From Octopus sinensis (Eukaryota): a stretch of DNA of 64,000 bases. Positions 1-11,926 of the stretch are shown here, piece after piece. The position numbers and the translations under genes were made by a program. How positions within the stretch are numbered: position 1 is the stretch's first letter; each line of letters begins with the position of its first letter. The stretch is taken from the NCBI RefSeq assembly GCF_006345805.1, contig NC_043004.1:73532001-73596000 (forward strand), given 5' to 3'. Under the pieces are notes generated by a model. That model made no database searches. It saw only the letters and a program-made list of their open reading frames with translations, and was not told where the DNA came from.

Positions 1-221
1 TCAAAGCAAAGATTTACACGGTCATTCATAATATGTTCCGGCTGATTCGAACGTGTATAGGCTAATCGCTGTTTTATCTTGTCAACGGAGAATAACATTT
101 TAGATAAATATGTCTTTATAACACGTTCCATTCAGGAAACTTTTCACAGTGGGGTTGAAGGTTCCTCTTACCAATCGTCAATATGAGGGTTAGTGAATCG
201 AGACTTCGAAGTCGCTATCAA

Positions 222-452
222 CCTATTTCTTTACTACCCACAAGGGGCTAAACACAGAGAGGACAAACAAGGACAGACAAATGGATTAAGTTGATTATAT
301 CGACCCCAGTGCGTAACTGGTACTTATTTAATCGACCCCGAAAGGATGAAAGGCAAAGTCGACCTCGGCGGAATTTGAACTCAGAAGGTAGCGGCAGACG
401 AAATACTGCTAAACATTTCGCCCGGCGTGCTAACGTTTCTGCCAGCTCACCG
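222..452 (-). mobile_element. tRNA-derived SINE, family A
   Basis: Minus strand: head GGTGAGCTGGCAGAAACGTTAGC, B-box-like GAGTTCAAATTCC, central GCCTTTCATCCTTTCGGGGTCGAT..AAGTACCAG domain (resembles a conserved SINE central domain, from recall); many copies in the window. Confidence 0.85.
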
Positions 453-582
453 TCTGGATTCGGTATCAACCACTTCACTGTAAAAATGAGCACACACACA
501 CAGATATGTGCAAACGCACGAAACACTCGGATCTTGAGTTACTTTGCTTCTTCTGCCAAATATTGATAAATATGTGTGTCTG

Positions 583-646
<64 letters not shown>

Positions 647-1239
647 TGTATGTATGTATGTATGTATGTATGCATGTATGTATGAATATATATATATATA
701 TATAAGAAAATTAAGAGAATGGAGATATAGCGTTTAATAAAAAAAATTGTTATCAGCAAAAGTCAAACATATTCCCTTACAGCAATTTCAATTAAGCCTA
801 AAGATTAAATAGCAATTATCAAATCATTATATCAGAGGGGTAGAAAAAATATGTACCGTTAGGTTATTATGTACTGTGTTTTCGAAGCATCTCAGCAGAC
901 TCCACCCTCTGATGAGATTTTGCCTAATATAATGATTAAATAATTGCTATTTCATCTTTATGCTAAATTGAAACAGCTGTAAGAGAATATGTTGGATTTT
1001 TGCAGATAAGAAATTTTTATTAAATACTATATCTCTATTTTCTTATTTTCAAATGAATTATTATAAACCATAATTCATATATAGACCTATTATTTTATGA
1101 ATATTATTATTATTCACAACAAATATTAGGTTATGAACCAGTAATTCTTTGGATATTACTATCCCTTAATGAGACTAATTTAGCCTCTAATTGAATTTAT
1201 ATATATATATATTGTTTATTTTGATTATATATATATATT

Positions 1240-1440
1240 ACGGAGATGTACTCGCATAGCAAGTAATTTGATCTGAGATCGTGTGCTGAAACGAAAACAA
1301 TTGCAGCGTGGAAGGTGTTTATAAGCCATTTAAGAAACACACAAAAGCCGTTCGATTCACTTCAACATTTAAGTTTAAATTTGTCAAAATATTTTCGTCG
1401 CTAAAATCCGCGACCTGTTCACTGACAAAGTCCGTGCTGA
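1240..1440 (-). mobile_element. Short non-coding Penelope-like/retrozyme-like element carrying an HHR
   Basis: Flanked by (TA)n and (GA)n; contains the HHR fold at 1380-1429. Confidence 0.55.
1380..1429 (-). ncRNA. Minimal type I hammerhead ribozyme, G3-C8 core variant
   Basis: Minus strand UUUGUCA-GUGAACA-G-GUCGC(GGAUUUUA)GCGAC-GAA-AAUAUU-U-UGACAAA: 7-bp stem I, 5-bp stem II, palindromic stem III. Confidence 0.7.
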
Positions 1441-1782
1441 GAGGGAGAGAGAGAGAGATAAATAGATATATAGATATACAAATATAATTATGCATACATA
1501 AAAAAACATAGATGCACGTATTTTTATTATTCTTTTATTGTCATTCATTGGACTGCAGTCATGCTGGAACAATAACGTGAAGGGTTTAGATGACCATGTC
1601 TACACTAGTACTTATTTTATTCAGGAATTTACTTTATCGAACTTTATTTACAGGCTTGCTATGTTACAAGACATAAAGTAGCATATATTAGACAACACTG
1701 AAACAGAAAAGCAAATACGTACATACACACAGACACTAACACACACACATACACACACATGACACATGAAGGATTTCTTCTC

Positions 1783-2390
1783 ATAGGCGTAGGAGTGGCT
1801 GTGTGGTAAATAGCTTGCTTACAAACCACATGGTTCCGGGTTCAGTCCCACAGCGTGGCATCTTGATCAAGTGTCTACTACTATAGCTTCGGGCCAACCA
1901 AAGCCTTGTGTGTGGATTTGGTAGACGGAAACTGAAAGAAGCCCGTCGTACATATATTTCTTTACTACCCACAAGGGGCTAAACATAGAGGGGACAAACA
2001 AGGACAGACAAAGGGATTAAGTCGTTTACATCGACCCAGTGTGAAACTGGTACTTTATTTATCGACCCCGAGAGGATGAAAGGCAAAGTCGACCTCGGCG
2101 GAATTTGAACTCAGAACGTAACGACATACGAAATACCGCTAAGCATCTCGCCCGGCGTGCTAACGTTTCTGCCAGCTTGCCGCCTTTATATGTATGTGTG
2201 TGCGTATGTTTGTGTTTCTGTGTTTGTCCCCCCAACATCGCTTGACAACCGATGCTGGTGTGTTTACGTCCCTGTAACTTAGCGGTTTGGTAAAAGATAC
2301 CGATAGAATAGGTCCTGGGGTCGATTTGCTCGACTAAAGGCGGTGCTCCATCATGGCCACAGTCAAATGACTGAAACAAGTAAAAGAGAG
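1783..2390 (+). mobile_element. tRNA-derived SINE, family B (CORE-like, internal microsatellite), interrupted by a family A copy
   Basis: Head GGCGTAGGAGTGGCTGTGTGGT..GGTTCAGTCCC at 1783-1950; tail ..CAAATGACTGAAACAAGTAAAAGAG resumes at ~2187. Confidence 0.85.
1953..2186 (-). mobile_element. SINE family A nested in the internal microsatellite of a family B SINE
   Basis: Full-length match to the copy at 222-452. Confidence 0.85.
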
Positions 2391-2771
2391 AAATTTCTGC
2401 TTGTCCTATTATGCTTTTCAGGTCTTCGTCTTACATGGATATAGAAAATACTTTCCCAACATTTGCAGTGGAAACGAACGCAGAAACACTTGGTGGTGAA
2501 GTTTCTAGAAAAGAGTGTATGTACGTATGTATGTATATATACATGTGCGTGTGCGTGCGTGCATGTGTGTGTGCGTGTGTGGTCGGGTGTACTTGTGGGC
2601 AAAGAGTGAGTGTATATATAAATATTCATGTAGTGTAGGCTGCAAGGAAATAATGCCTTAATTATCAAGGGTGAATTGATTCACCCTGGTTTGATAATTA
2701 CGGATAATTTCAAAGGTATCGCAGCTTTTTGACAATCCTACTAGACTACATTACCATATATGTTTCTCCTT

Positions 2772-2802
<31 letters not shown>

Positions 2803-2847
2803 TATTATTATTATTATTATTATTACTATTATTATTATTATTATTAC

Positions 2848-2898
<51 letters not shown>

Positions 2899-2913
2899 TA
2901 CTACTACTATTAC

Positions 2914-3012
<99 letters not shown>
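2772..3012. repeat. (ATT)n microsatellite
   Basis: About 80 ATT/ACT triplets. Confidence 0.98.
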
Positions 3013-3017
3013 CATTT

Positions 3018-3214
3018 AAGCAGCGAGTTGGCAGAGTCGCTTAGCACGCTGGACGAAATTCTTAGCCGTATTTCGTCCGTAGCAACGTTATGACTTCAAA
3101 TTCCATCGAGGTCAACTTTGACTTTCATCTTTTGGGGGTCGATTAAATAAGTACCAGTTATGCATTGGAGTCAATGTAATCGATTTAGTCCCACCCCAAG
3201 CTGCCCTTGTGGTA
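3018..3214 (+). mobile_element. SINE family A, diverged
   Basis: GCAGCGAGTTGGCAGAGTCGCTTAGCACGC..TTTCATCTTTTGGGGGTCGATTAAATAAGTACCAG. Confidence 0.75.
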
Positions 3215-3508
3215 AATATTTCGATACCCCGTCTGTCTTTTATAAGTTCAAAATATAAATTGAAATTAAATTCAAAGATAGGAAACGCTGAATCATGACA
3301 TCGTTTTACTCGGAAACTGATGACGTTTTACTTGAAAACTGATGACGACGTTTTACTTGGAAAGACCGAAGACTGATGACGTCGTTTTACTTGGAAAGAA
3401 ATGCAGTTATTCCAGTTTAATATTGAATGTTTCAGTGTTTCCTATCTTTGAATTTAACTTCATTTTATATTTTGAACTTGTAAAAGACAGACGGAGTATC
3501 GAAATATT
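3215..3508. mobile_element. MITE/foldback-like element with ~80-bp inverted arms and an internal ~23-bp minisatellite
   Basis: AATATTTCGATACCCCGTCTGTCTTTTATAAGTTCAAAATATAAA.. (3215-3292) mirrored by ..TTTTATATTTTGAACTTGTAAAAGACAGACGGAGTATCGAAATATT (3430-3508); four TGATGAC(GTC)GTTTTACTTGGAAA-like units inside. Confidence 0.7.
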
Positions 3509-3564
3509 GTTCATTCGTTTCATTTCCACTCTAGTATACAGAGTTAATTTCTATTTATTACACA

Positions 3565-3638
3565 CTAGCAGAGATACCCGGCGTTGCCCGGTTACATTCA
3601 ATTGAAGAATTAGACTTTTCTGTTATTTATATATGGAT

Positions 3639-3674
<36 letters not shown>

Positions 3675-4130
3675 GTATATTAATAAAAATACATGAAAGT
3701 ACATGAAGTTTGTTAAAAAAAAGGGAGGATCATGTATATACCTCCTGGCTGTTGAGATTATAACACCTCGTTGTTAACAATGTTCCTTGTTTTTCCTTGT
3801 GGAGCATATACAAAAAGGTTTCTTTTGGTTCCTACTCTTGAGCAGCCAACATACAGTTGCCTATGCGAGAAGCAGGGCTCTTCCAAGAGAACACCAGCTA
3901 CAGAGAGGGTTTGACCCTGAGATTTGTTAATGGACATGGCAAAGCTGACACGAAAGGGGAATTGCAGTCTTCTGAATGTAAATGGAATTTCTGCTCCTGA
4001 TGGAGTAAGAGGAAATCTTGGAATAAAGACGTCATCACCTTTTCCACATCCAGAAAGAATGATCGCCTCGATAACGTGTGGCATCTTTTTCTTTATCACC
4101 AGTCGTGTTCCATTGCAAAGTCTTAGCTGT
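3565..4130 (-). mobile_element. Helitron 3' fragment (PIF1-type helicase C-terminus plus 3' end)
   Basis: LCNGTRL..RRLQFPFRVSFAMSINKSQGQTL..FSHRQLYVGCSRV motifs in ORF 3758-4399; terminal hairpin CCGGGCAACGCCGGG followed by CTAG|T at 3565-3568. Confidence 0.92.
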
Positions 4131-4274
4131 TCCAGGGAGGTAAGTAGTTCTGGATTTGGTGCAATTAGAGTAGATATAGATCTGTAATGGGAATGGTGTA
4201 TGGTATATATAGGGGTTAGCGGAATAATTGAAAGGTTAGTAGTGTTCTGTATTATGTTATGTGTTCTATTGAGT

Positions 4275-4945
4275 TGTGGAAGATCTCTTCTTTTCAATGA
4301 TTCTAATGTCTGGCCATTTGGTAATTGGATGCTTTCGCTGTTGACTACCTGTTCCCTTCTTATGACTAATATTGCACACTCATCTATGTTAAATTCCATG
4401 CCTGTATCTTTGCTGAAGATACAGTCAACATTAAGGGATCTATCTCTTTTTCATTCTTACTGAAAAAGCTTCAGATCATCCATGTAAAGTAAATAGTTAA
4501 ATTTTTCCTTACTGTTTCTGAACTGATACCCTGCCTTTGCTTTCATTAATACTAAATTGAGGTGGATCAAACATGAGACAATTTTCTCTTTTGATATTAA
4601 CTTTCCCTAAGAGTGTGTCATCTGAGTAGAGATCTTCATGCTAAAGCTAATTAATTCTCTTCTGCTGTCTACTATACTGAATTTATCCAAACTTTCTATT
4701 ATCCATGAGTGTGGGATCACGTCATAGGTTTTCTTATAATCTATCCACGCTATTGTCAGGGTTTTTTCTAGCTTTTACTTCATTTAGAACTGCTTTGTCT
4801 GTGTATAATAGATCATGCGTTTCTCTAGCCTTCTTCCTGCAACTTTTTTGTTCTTCTGGCAGTAAATTCTTGTTGTCAGGGTAATCGTAAATGTTTTCTG
4901 AAAGCATTCCTGTTAACAACTTCCAAACTATGTGATTAGTCAATA
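4275..4945 (-). pseudogene. Non-LTR reverse transcriptase fragment, R4/Dong-like, frameshifted
   Basis: WKLLTGMLSENIY..LLPEEQKSCRKKARETHDLLYTDK, PHSWII, NYLLYMDDLKLF, GMEFNIDECAILVI. Confidence 0.85.
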
Positions 4946-5114
4946 GATCACGTTGAAGCTTTTTTTTTTTTATCGAACATATCAGCCCCAGTATTTATTA
5001 GCCTGGGACTTACTCTATCGGAGTCTTTTGTCCAACCGCAGATTTCCGAGACATAAACAACTCAACACCGGTGACAAGCAGTGGGGTTACATATATACAC
5101 TAAGATTCCCACCC

Positions 5115-5192
<78 letters not shown>

Positions 5193-6029
5193 CTCTGGTA
5201 GAAGACGCACAATGTGTAGTAGCATAATGCGATTGAACTCTCAATCATGAAGTTACGAAGAGTTTTCTTACCTACATGGTTATTACAGATTATAAGGTTA
5301 AATTCCTGACTTACCCGATAATGGAAAGGGAAGGTCGAAGAAATAATGTCTTAATCGGAAATGTAATTGAAAAGCAGTATTTGAAAAGCTTAACAGCAAA
5401 AGGTTTGAAAAACCGTGTTTTAGTACTCGGGACTAATTTATGTATATAAGAATCTGTCGGTGTGCATAAGTGCAAAAAATGAAATAAAATAAAATACAAT
5501 AAAATGAAATGAATCTTTATTTGTACAAATGCACTGTTATGTAAATTATATTGCATCTGCTTGTTCTTTAGCTAAATTTTATTCTATTTTATTCAGCAAG
5601 CGTTCAAATTTTCATGTGGAAGAAATTTTGCCTACGGCCAAGGGAATTTCCACCCACTACACTCGAGATACTTGAGAAGAATTCGAGATTAATGAGAAAT
5701 TATGTTCAGCAGGAGAGACGTGTTCCTCAGTTCAGTAACACTGCCGAAAATAAAGAGGCTAGCCACTATTTTGTTACCTCGTGTCTAGAAGCTTTTAGAA
5801 TTTCAATATTAGACTTTAAGCGAAAGGAAATGGGACGTTATAACACAAATGTATTTTCTAAGAGTATTGAAACGAATCAGTTACAGCGTGATGGTTCCAA
5901 TTGGAAATGGTAACAAGATCATTTACTCGGTTTGTCAGAACTTCAAATGTTTCACAACAAATTCATCTGCTACACTTATTGTTAAAAACTAACAGAAAGT
6001 AAAATATCGTTATATTTGGGGACTCACTC

Positions 6030-6131
6030 TTTACTCTTTACTCTTTTACTTGTTTCAGTCAAGCGATGTTGGGGGCGGACAAACACACAAACACACACAC
6101 ACACATACACATATATATATATATATACACA

Positions 6132-6201
<70 letters not shown>

Positions 6202-6368
6202 CGATGGGCTTCTTTCAGTTTCCGTCTACCAAATCCACTCACAAGGCTTTGGTCGGCCCGAGGCTATAGTAGAAGATACTTTCCCAAGGTGCCACGCAGT
6301 GGGACTGAACCCGGAACCGTGTAGTTGGTAAGCAAGCTACTTCCCACGCAGCCACTCCTGCGCCTAGG
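6030..6368 (-). mobile_element. SINE family B with internal deletion
   Basis: Reverse match to family B head and tail around (CA)n/(TA)n. Confidence 0.85.
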
Positions 6369-6449
6369 ACGGTCATTATTTTATTTATTTATTTATTTAT
6401 TTTTGCCAATAAACACTCGCACTGTTTATTTGATCTTCACTTTAACTCG

Positions 6450-6695
6450 GTCAGCTGGTAGAATCGTTAGCACACTGGACGAAATGCTTGGCGGTATTTC
6501 GTCTGCCACTACGTTCTGAGTTCAAATTCCGCCGAGGTCGACTTTGCCTTTCATCCTTTCGGGGTCGATTAAATAAGTACAAGTTGCGCACTGGGGTCGA
6601 TGTAATCGACTTTATCTGTCTGTCTGTCCTTGTTTGTTCTCTCTGTGTTTAGCCCCTTGTGGGTAGTAAAGAAATAGGTATTTTGCCCGTCGCTA
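6450..6695 (+). mobile_element. SINE family A
   Basis: Near-full-length plus-strand copy ending ..GTAAAGAAATAGGT. Confidence 0.85.
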
Positions 6696-7079
6696 TTTGT
6701 CTTTTATCTAATTAGTAAAATGATTTCTTTTAATTTAAAATCGTAATATTTGCTTTGTGTTAGAATATAACAAATTCGGTTGAGTTCATCCCGGTGTTTT
6801 GTAGGTTCCCTGCTTGCGAGACTTCCTCCGCAAAACGTTGTTCCAGTGTGATTTGAAATCAAGGCGGTGAGTTAGCAAAATTTGGATCTACGGAAAGCTT
6901 TTGGTTCGGCTAATATCGATAGAAGCCCATAAATGTGAAACTGTGGCCTTTACGAGGTCCGAAAGGTTTTATAACTGCAAAAAGATAGCTTCTTTCCTCT
7001 GAGAACTGAAATTACTCCCCAGATTCCCAGATAAAGTTTATATTCAAATACATGCTCTATAAATAATTGTCAAAGTTTT

Positions 7080-7995
7080 AGCATAAGGCCGAAAATTTTT
7101 GTTGCGGATAGGGAGTTAGTCGGTTACACCGATCTCAGTTTTTGACTGGGACTTTATTTTATCGGCACTGAGAGGACGAAAATGGCTACCCTGGAGGACG
7201 AAAGGCAAAGTTCACCTGTCAAGGTTTGAATTCATAACGTAAAAAGCCGGAAGAAGTGCCGCTGATGATTTTGCCCGCTCACCTCCTTACACTCTATAAA
7301 CAATCGTTTCTACTATAGGCAAAATGCCTGGAATTTGTAGGGAGCGAGTAACTCGATTACATCGACTCCAGTATTTGACTGGTACTTGATTTATATACTC
7401 CGAAAGGATGAAAGGCAAAGTCAACCTCTGCAAGATTTGAACTCAGAACGTAACTGCAGACGAAATACCTATTTCTTTATTACCCACAAGGGGCTAAACA
7501 CAGAGGGGACAAACAAGGACAGACATAGGTATTAAGTCGATTACATCGACCCCAGTGCGTAACTGGTACTTAATTTATCGACCCCGAAAGGATGAGAGGC
7601 AAAGTTGACCTCGGCGGAATTTGAACTCACAACGTAACGCAGACGAAATACCGCTAAGCATTTCGCCCGATGTGCTAACGTTTCTGCCAGCTCGCCGCAG
7701 ACGAAATACCGTTAAGCATTTCGCCAGGTGTGTTAACAATTCTGCCAGCCCGCCGCTTTGCTTACACTCTATAGATAATAATAATGGATCCAAATTTTGC
7801 CACCAGGGTAGCCATTTTGAGGAGGAGGCGTGTCAATTATATCGACCCCAATGTTCGACTGGTACTTATTTTATTGACGCCGAAAATATGAAAGACAATG
7901 TCGATCTCGGTTGAACTCAGAAGACAGACCCGGGCGAAACACCGCTAAGCATTTCGCCCGGCGTTCTAACGATTCTCACAGCTCACCGCCTTACT
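7080..7995 (-). mobile_element. Head-to-tail cluster of family A SINE copies and fragments
   Basis: Four recurrences of the AAAGGCAAAGT.GACCT-like segment, all minus strand, of differing divergence. Confidence 0.8.
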
Positions 7996-8019
7996 TACAC
8001 TCTATAAATAATTATTGTT

Positions 8020-8125
8020 GTTTGTTCCTTCACGAGCCACGCCTGGCACATAAGGGCCGGTTTCCCGGTTTTCTTGGCGTATAGGTTCCCCACCTGGACA
8101 GGACGCCGGTCCGTCGCAGGTGAGC
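8020..8125 (-). mobile_element. 3' fragment of a V-domain-like SINE (related to 18175-18425)
   Basis: CCCACCTGGACAGGACGCCGGTCCGTCGCAGG shared with the 18243-18273 segment. Confidence 0.6.
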
Positions 8126-9116
8126 TGTTCATCTTGATATGACATCACCATGTCGCACACATACGGTCGTGATGCATGTGCCTAGTGTACACTTATCAGA
8201 CGGGTAGTCATGATGGGTATATTGGCACTGCTCTCTCACTCAATAATAATAATAATAATAATATGATCCCTGCTTTACCATCCATGCAAGAAGTGCTAAA
8301 GTTTGTCTTAATTGGGTTGTTATGCCTATTGAAAAGAGTCGCTGTGAATTTTCTTTCCTTTTTCCTCTTTATTATTTTTTTTTTGTATTCTCTTTATTCA
8401 TTTTTTTCTTTTTTTCCTTATTTCCTTTTTCTCTGTGTCTTTCCTCCCCACTCTCTTTCTATCACATGACTTTGTAAATGAACAACCCGGTGTCTTTATG
8501 TTTATGGCCTACCAATGTATTCAGTGAGTTTCTTCGCCTTACGTGTCGGGAAGACACTCGGCAAGAAATAGAAGCAAAATTGAAAGAAGATAAACATACT
8601 AGTAATAACAAACTTTAAGCCAGTCCAACTCCACAAATCTCCTACTTGATTCTAACCCTTAAAACACATTCTATAGGCATTTGTTTGTTTATTTTTGCTC
8701 CCTTATCATACCTCCTTAGTCGTAAAGGATTGTTTATTAGAGTAAAGTGCCTCATTTAATAGTAAGGCCTAAATAAACATTATCTGTTAACTTATATTAC
8801 TTTATTGCAGTGTCCGCTTCCCCTCGCCCTGTTGACGGAGTCTAGCCACGTGTGCTAGGCTTACTTTTGTAATGATATGAAGCTAGGTCCATCACCTAAA
8901 CACCTGCTTGAACTTGATAAGTGTGACATAATGTCTGCATAGTAGCCTGTTAAACCGAAGACCTTCTTATAGGTGCAGGCATAGCTGTGTGGTTAAGAAG
9001 CTCATTTTGCAGCCACGCGACGGGACTTTGGCAAAGTGATTTCTACTGTAGACAAGAAAAAAAAACGAATGTTTCTAATATGAATTTAATTGAAGGAAAC
9101 TGTGTGGAAAGCTGCC

Positions 9117-9184
<68 letters not shown>

Positions 9185-9559
9185 CTTGAGCAAGTGTCTT
9201 CTATCGCCGGTTCATTCCCACTGCGTGGCACCTTAGGCAAGTGTCTTCTAATATAGCCTCGGGCCGACTAAAGGTGGAGCTCCAGCATGGCCACAGTCAA
9301 ATGACTGAAACAAGTAAAAGAGTAAAGAGTAATACATATATAGTTATAAAATCTCAAAAAGAGATCGGAGTAGTAGTATTTATACTAAGGAGTATATAGT
9401 CAATCGCCACGTCAGAGTGGCTGTTCCATGTTACTCCTAGTTTAACCCTAGGCAGATCTTTCGCCAGCTGGTTATCGGTGCAACGCTGCACCCTTTATAT
9501 ATAATATATATTGCTAGCAGGAGGAGCGAACCTCTACCATCCTCTAGCAGACAAAAGGA

Positions 9560-9608
9560 TCGCAAAACTGATTCAGTTTGGAGCTGCTTGGCTCATCCTC
9601 AGTCGCGA
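9560..9608 (-). ncRNA. Type I hammerhead ribozyme motif, probably inactivated (G12C)
   Basis: Minus strand UCGCGA-CUGAGGA-U-GAGC(CAAGCA)GCUC-CAA-ACUGAAUCAGU-U-UUGCGA, inside a (TA)n-flanked element at ~9510-9637. Confidence 0.65.
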
Positions 9609-11249
9609 GTACCTGGCCCCTAGAGCGATAGCCAGAGTATATATATTTGGATTTGTGTGTTTGTGTATAACTTTGTGTTTGTCACTCACCACTGCTTAAG
9701 AACTGATTATGGCGGCGGGTTGGTGGAATCGCTACCGCATGCTTGGCGGAATTTCTCCCAACTTTACGATCTGAATTCAAATTCCGCCGCGGTCGAGCCC
9801 CTCCCCCCCCCCCCCCGAATTATCTGGCTTTGTGCCAAACTTTGAAACCGATAATATTATTAATGATTACCGAACTATAATATAAGTGCTAACTAACAGT
9901 GTAAGAGCGAAATATTTGGCAATTGATAAACGCAACGACAGAAAGCTTAATTCATGACACATTAACATCTTTACCATTAGTGGGTCACTGTCGTACACTG
10001 ACGTCACAAAAGTTGGTGTCATCCAGTGCAGTAACTCATGGTGTTATCTTCCATAGACTTCCAACCGTGCCAGATCATACAAAATCCGTAGTAAAGTTTC
10101 TTTTTTTGTTCTAGTATTACTCGTAATTGTTGTGTATCACTGAATGAGAAGGAAATAGCATTGACATAAACATGTTGCAAAATTTAAAATTGCATATTTA
10201 AATTACGATATAATACGCACGGTCTGGATGTTTTTAGGCTGTGCATAATTTCCTGTGGTTAAAATAAATATTCATTAAAGAAAATAATAACAAAAAAAAA
10301 AAAACTAATAGAATTCATAGTAAAATAATTTAAGAACCACTATATTAATGTTGATTTTTAACGTTTAAATTTGTTGTTTTGTGAGGTAAATTAATGTCAC
10401 GAGGGCGTTGGTGTTACATACTATCGCGAAGGTCATGGAAGGAAAGATATGGGATGCTGGTAATTGAGTCGGGTTCTGTTCTGGCTGTGTATGAATGATA
10501 CGTGAGCAATTTTAGAGGAACTTTATTCACTGCACAAAATATTTTCTGTGCCAGTCTTTAACAAGGATTACACACTGGGAGGACAATTCTGTAGTTATTA
10601 CAAAATAGTTGGTTAACTGGTTTCTGTTAATACGCTGTCACGACAGGAGAAAATATCACACTGGATTCATAACTGCAAATCTGTAAATGCCGTCTACTCG
10701 GCTGATAAAGAAGCCACGAGAACGACTGTTAAATGTTACAAAATGAGAATGTGGTTTGCGTGGCGGCGATTCTCCACACTCGGAAATTTGGCACCCAAAG
10801 CATACCTATTAATAAGCCTCGTTAGACGTTCTAGAAGATTCTAGAAAGTTGCATCACGTGATGTCTCGATACTGATTGGTCAGTTTAATCAGCCGATCAC
10901 ATGAAATGGCTGTTACTAAGCCGTGAGTTTTATTTGATAATTTGTCGATTTAGTTTCGAATCTACTACAAATGCATTAGGATTACATTTTATGTTTGGCA
11001 CAATCTTTAGAGCATCAGAGAAATTACTTTATGCCATTCCGCCGTCGCTTTATATTCTGAGTTCAATGCAGTACTATCAATGGATTTAACATGGGCCCAA
11101 ATCTTGATAACCTTAGTAATCGGATTGACGTTTGTATATCCAATGCCATGAGAATGGCGGTACGGTCCGGTCAGTTATTATGCCGGACGGTTGTTCGAGA
11201 GAGTAATCCTTCAAATCGTGTCACCAGCATTTATTATGTTGCATCTAAG

Positions 11250-11363
11250 ACAAAGAAGAAGAAGGAGGAGGAGGAGGAGGAGGAGGAGGAGGAGAAGAAG
11301 AAGAAGAAGAAGAAGAAGAAGAAGAAGAAGAAGAAGAAGAAGAAGAAGAAGAAGAAGAAGAAG
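11250..11363. repeat. (GAG)n(AAG)n microsatellite
   Basis: Pure purine triplet tract. Confidence 0.97.
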
Positions 11364-11906
11364 ACTCTTCACTTGCTTAACTGTAAATATTTACTTTGGG
11401 ATGTGCCAAAGAGCAGTCCTGTAAGTGGTTGCCCGATATGCAAGAAATAGCAGCGGAAATGCACTCAGAAAATTTCATAATGTCTTAAAAGGCGGGACTG
11501 GAGACATTAGATAATATATTTTTGGAATCATTACATCTAAAATGACGGCATAGTCATGCATGGAATGTCTGTAATCACAGAGCTCCGCAATGATCACTGA
11601 CCCGAGGGTAATTAACAAAAAACAACTACATTACTGATTATGAATAAATAAGGCTTACTGCCACCTACACCATATTTCTTCAAAGCGTACAACACTAATG
11701 CTGAGTGGATAACATATTTTTCTTTGCATCAAACTTGCTGACATTCTCCATTAGAGAAAAAAAGATGAAAAATGACATAAAATCAAAGACAGAAACGATT
11801 TCTACAAATGTGTTGCTTCACAGAATACTCTTAATGACTCTTGTATCGTTATATATCTTAAAAAAGGTGAAGCTTTTCAAGTGGTTTCAAGTCGTCTGTT
11901 GAAGAT

Positions 11907-11926
11907 TGCCATCTGGCGGCCATTTT
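11907..11926. promoter_or_regulatory. Candidate overlapping CTCF-like and YY1-like motif
   Basis: TGCCATCTGGCGGCCATTTT (reverse TGGCCGCCAGATGGCA resembles the CTCF consensus; GGCCATTTT resembles YY1) in apparently unique DNA. Confidence 0.3.

Noticed and set aside
885-930. CTGATGAG at ~909 as an HHR
   Set aside because: No downstream stem II plus GAAA; only a simple hairpin
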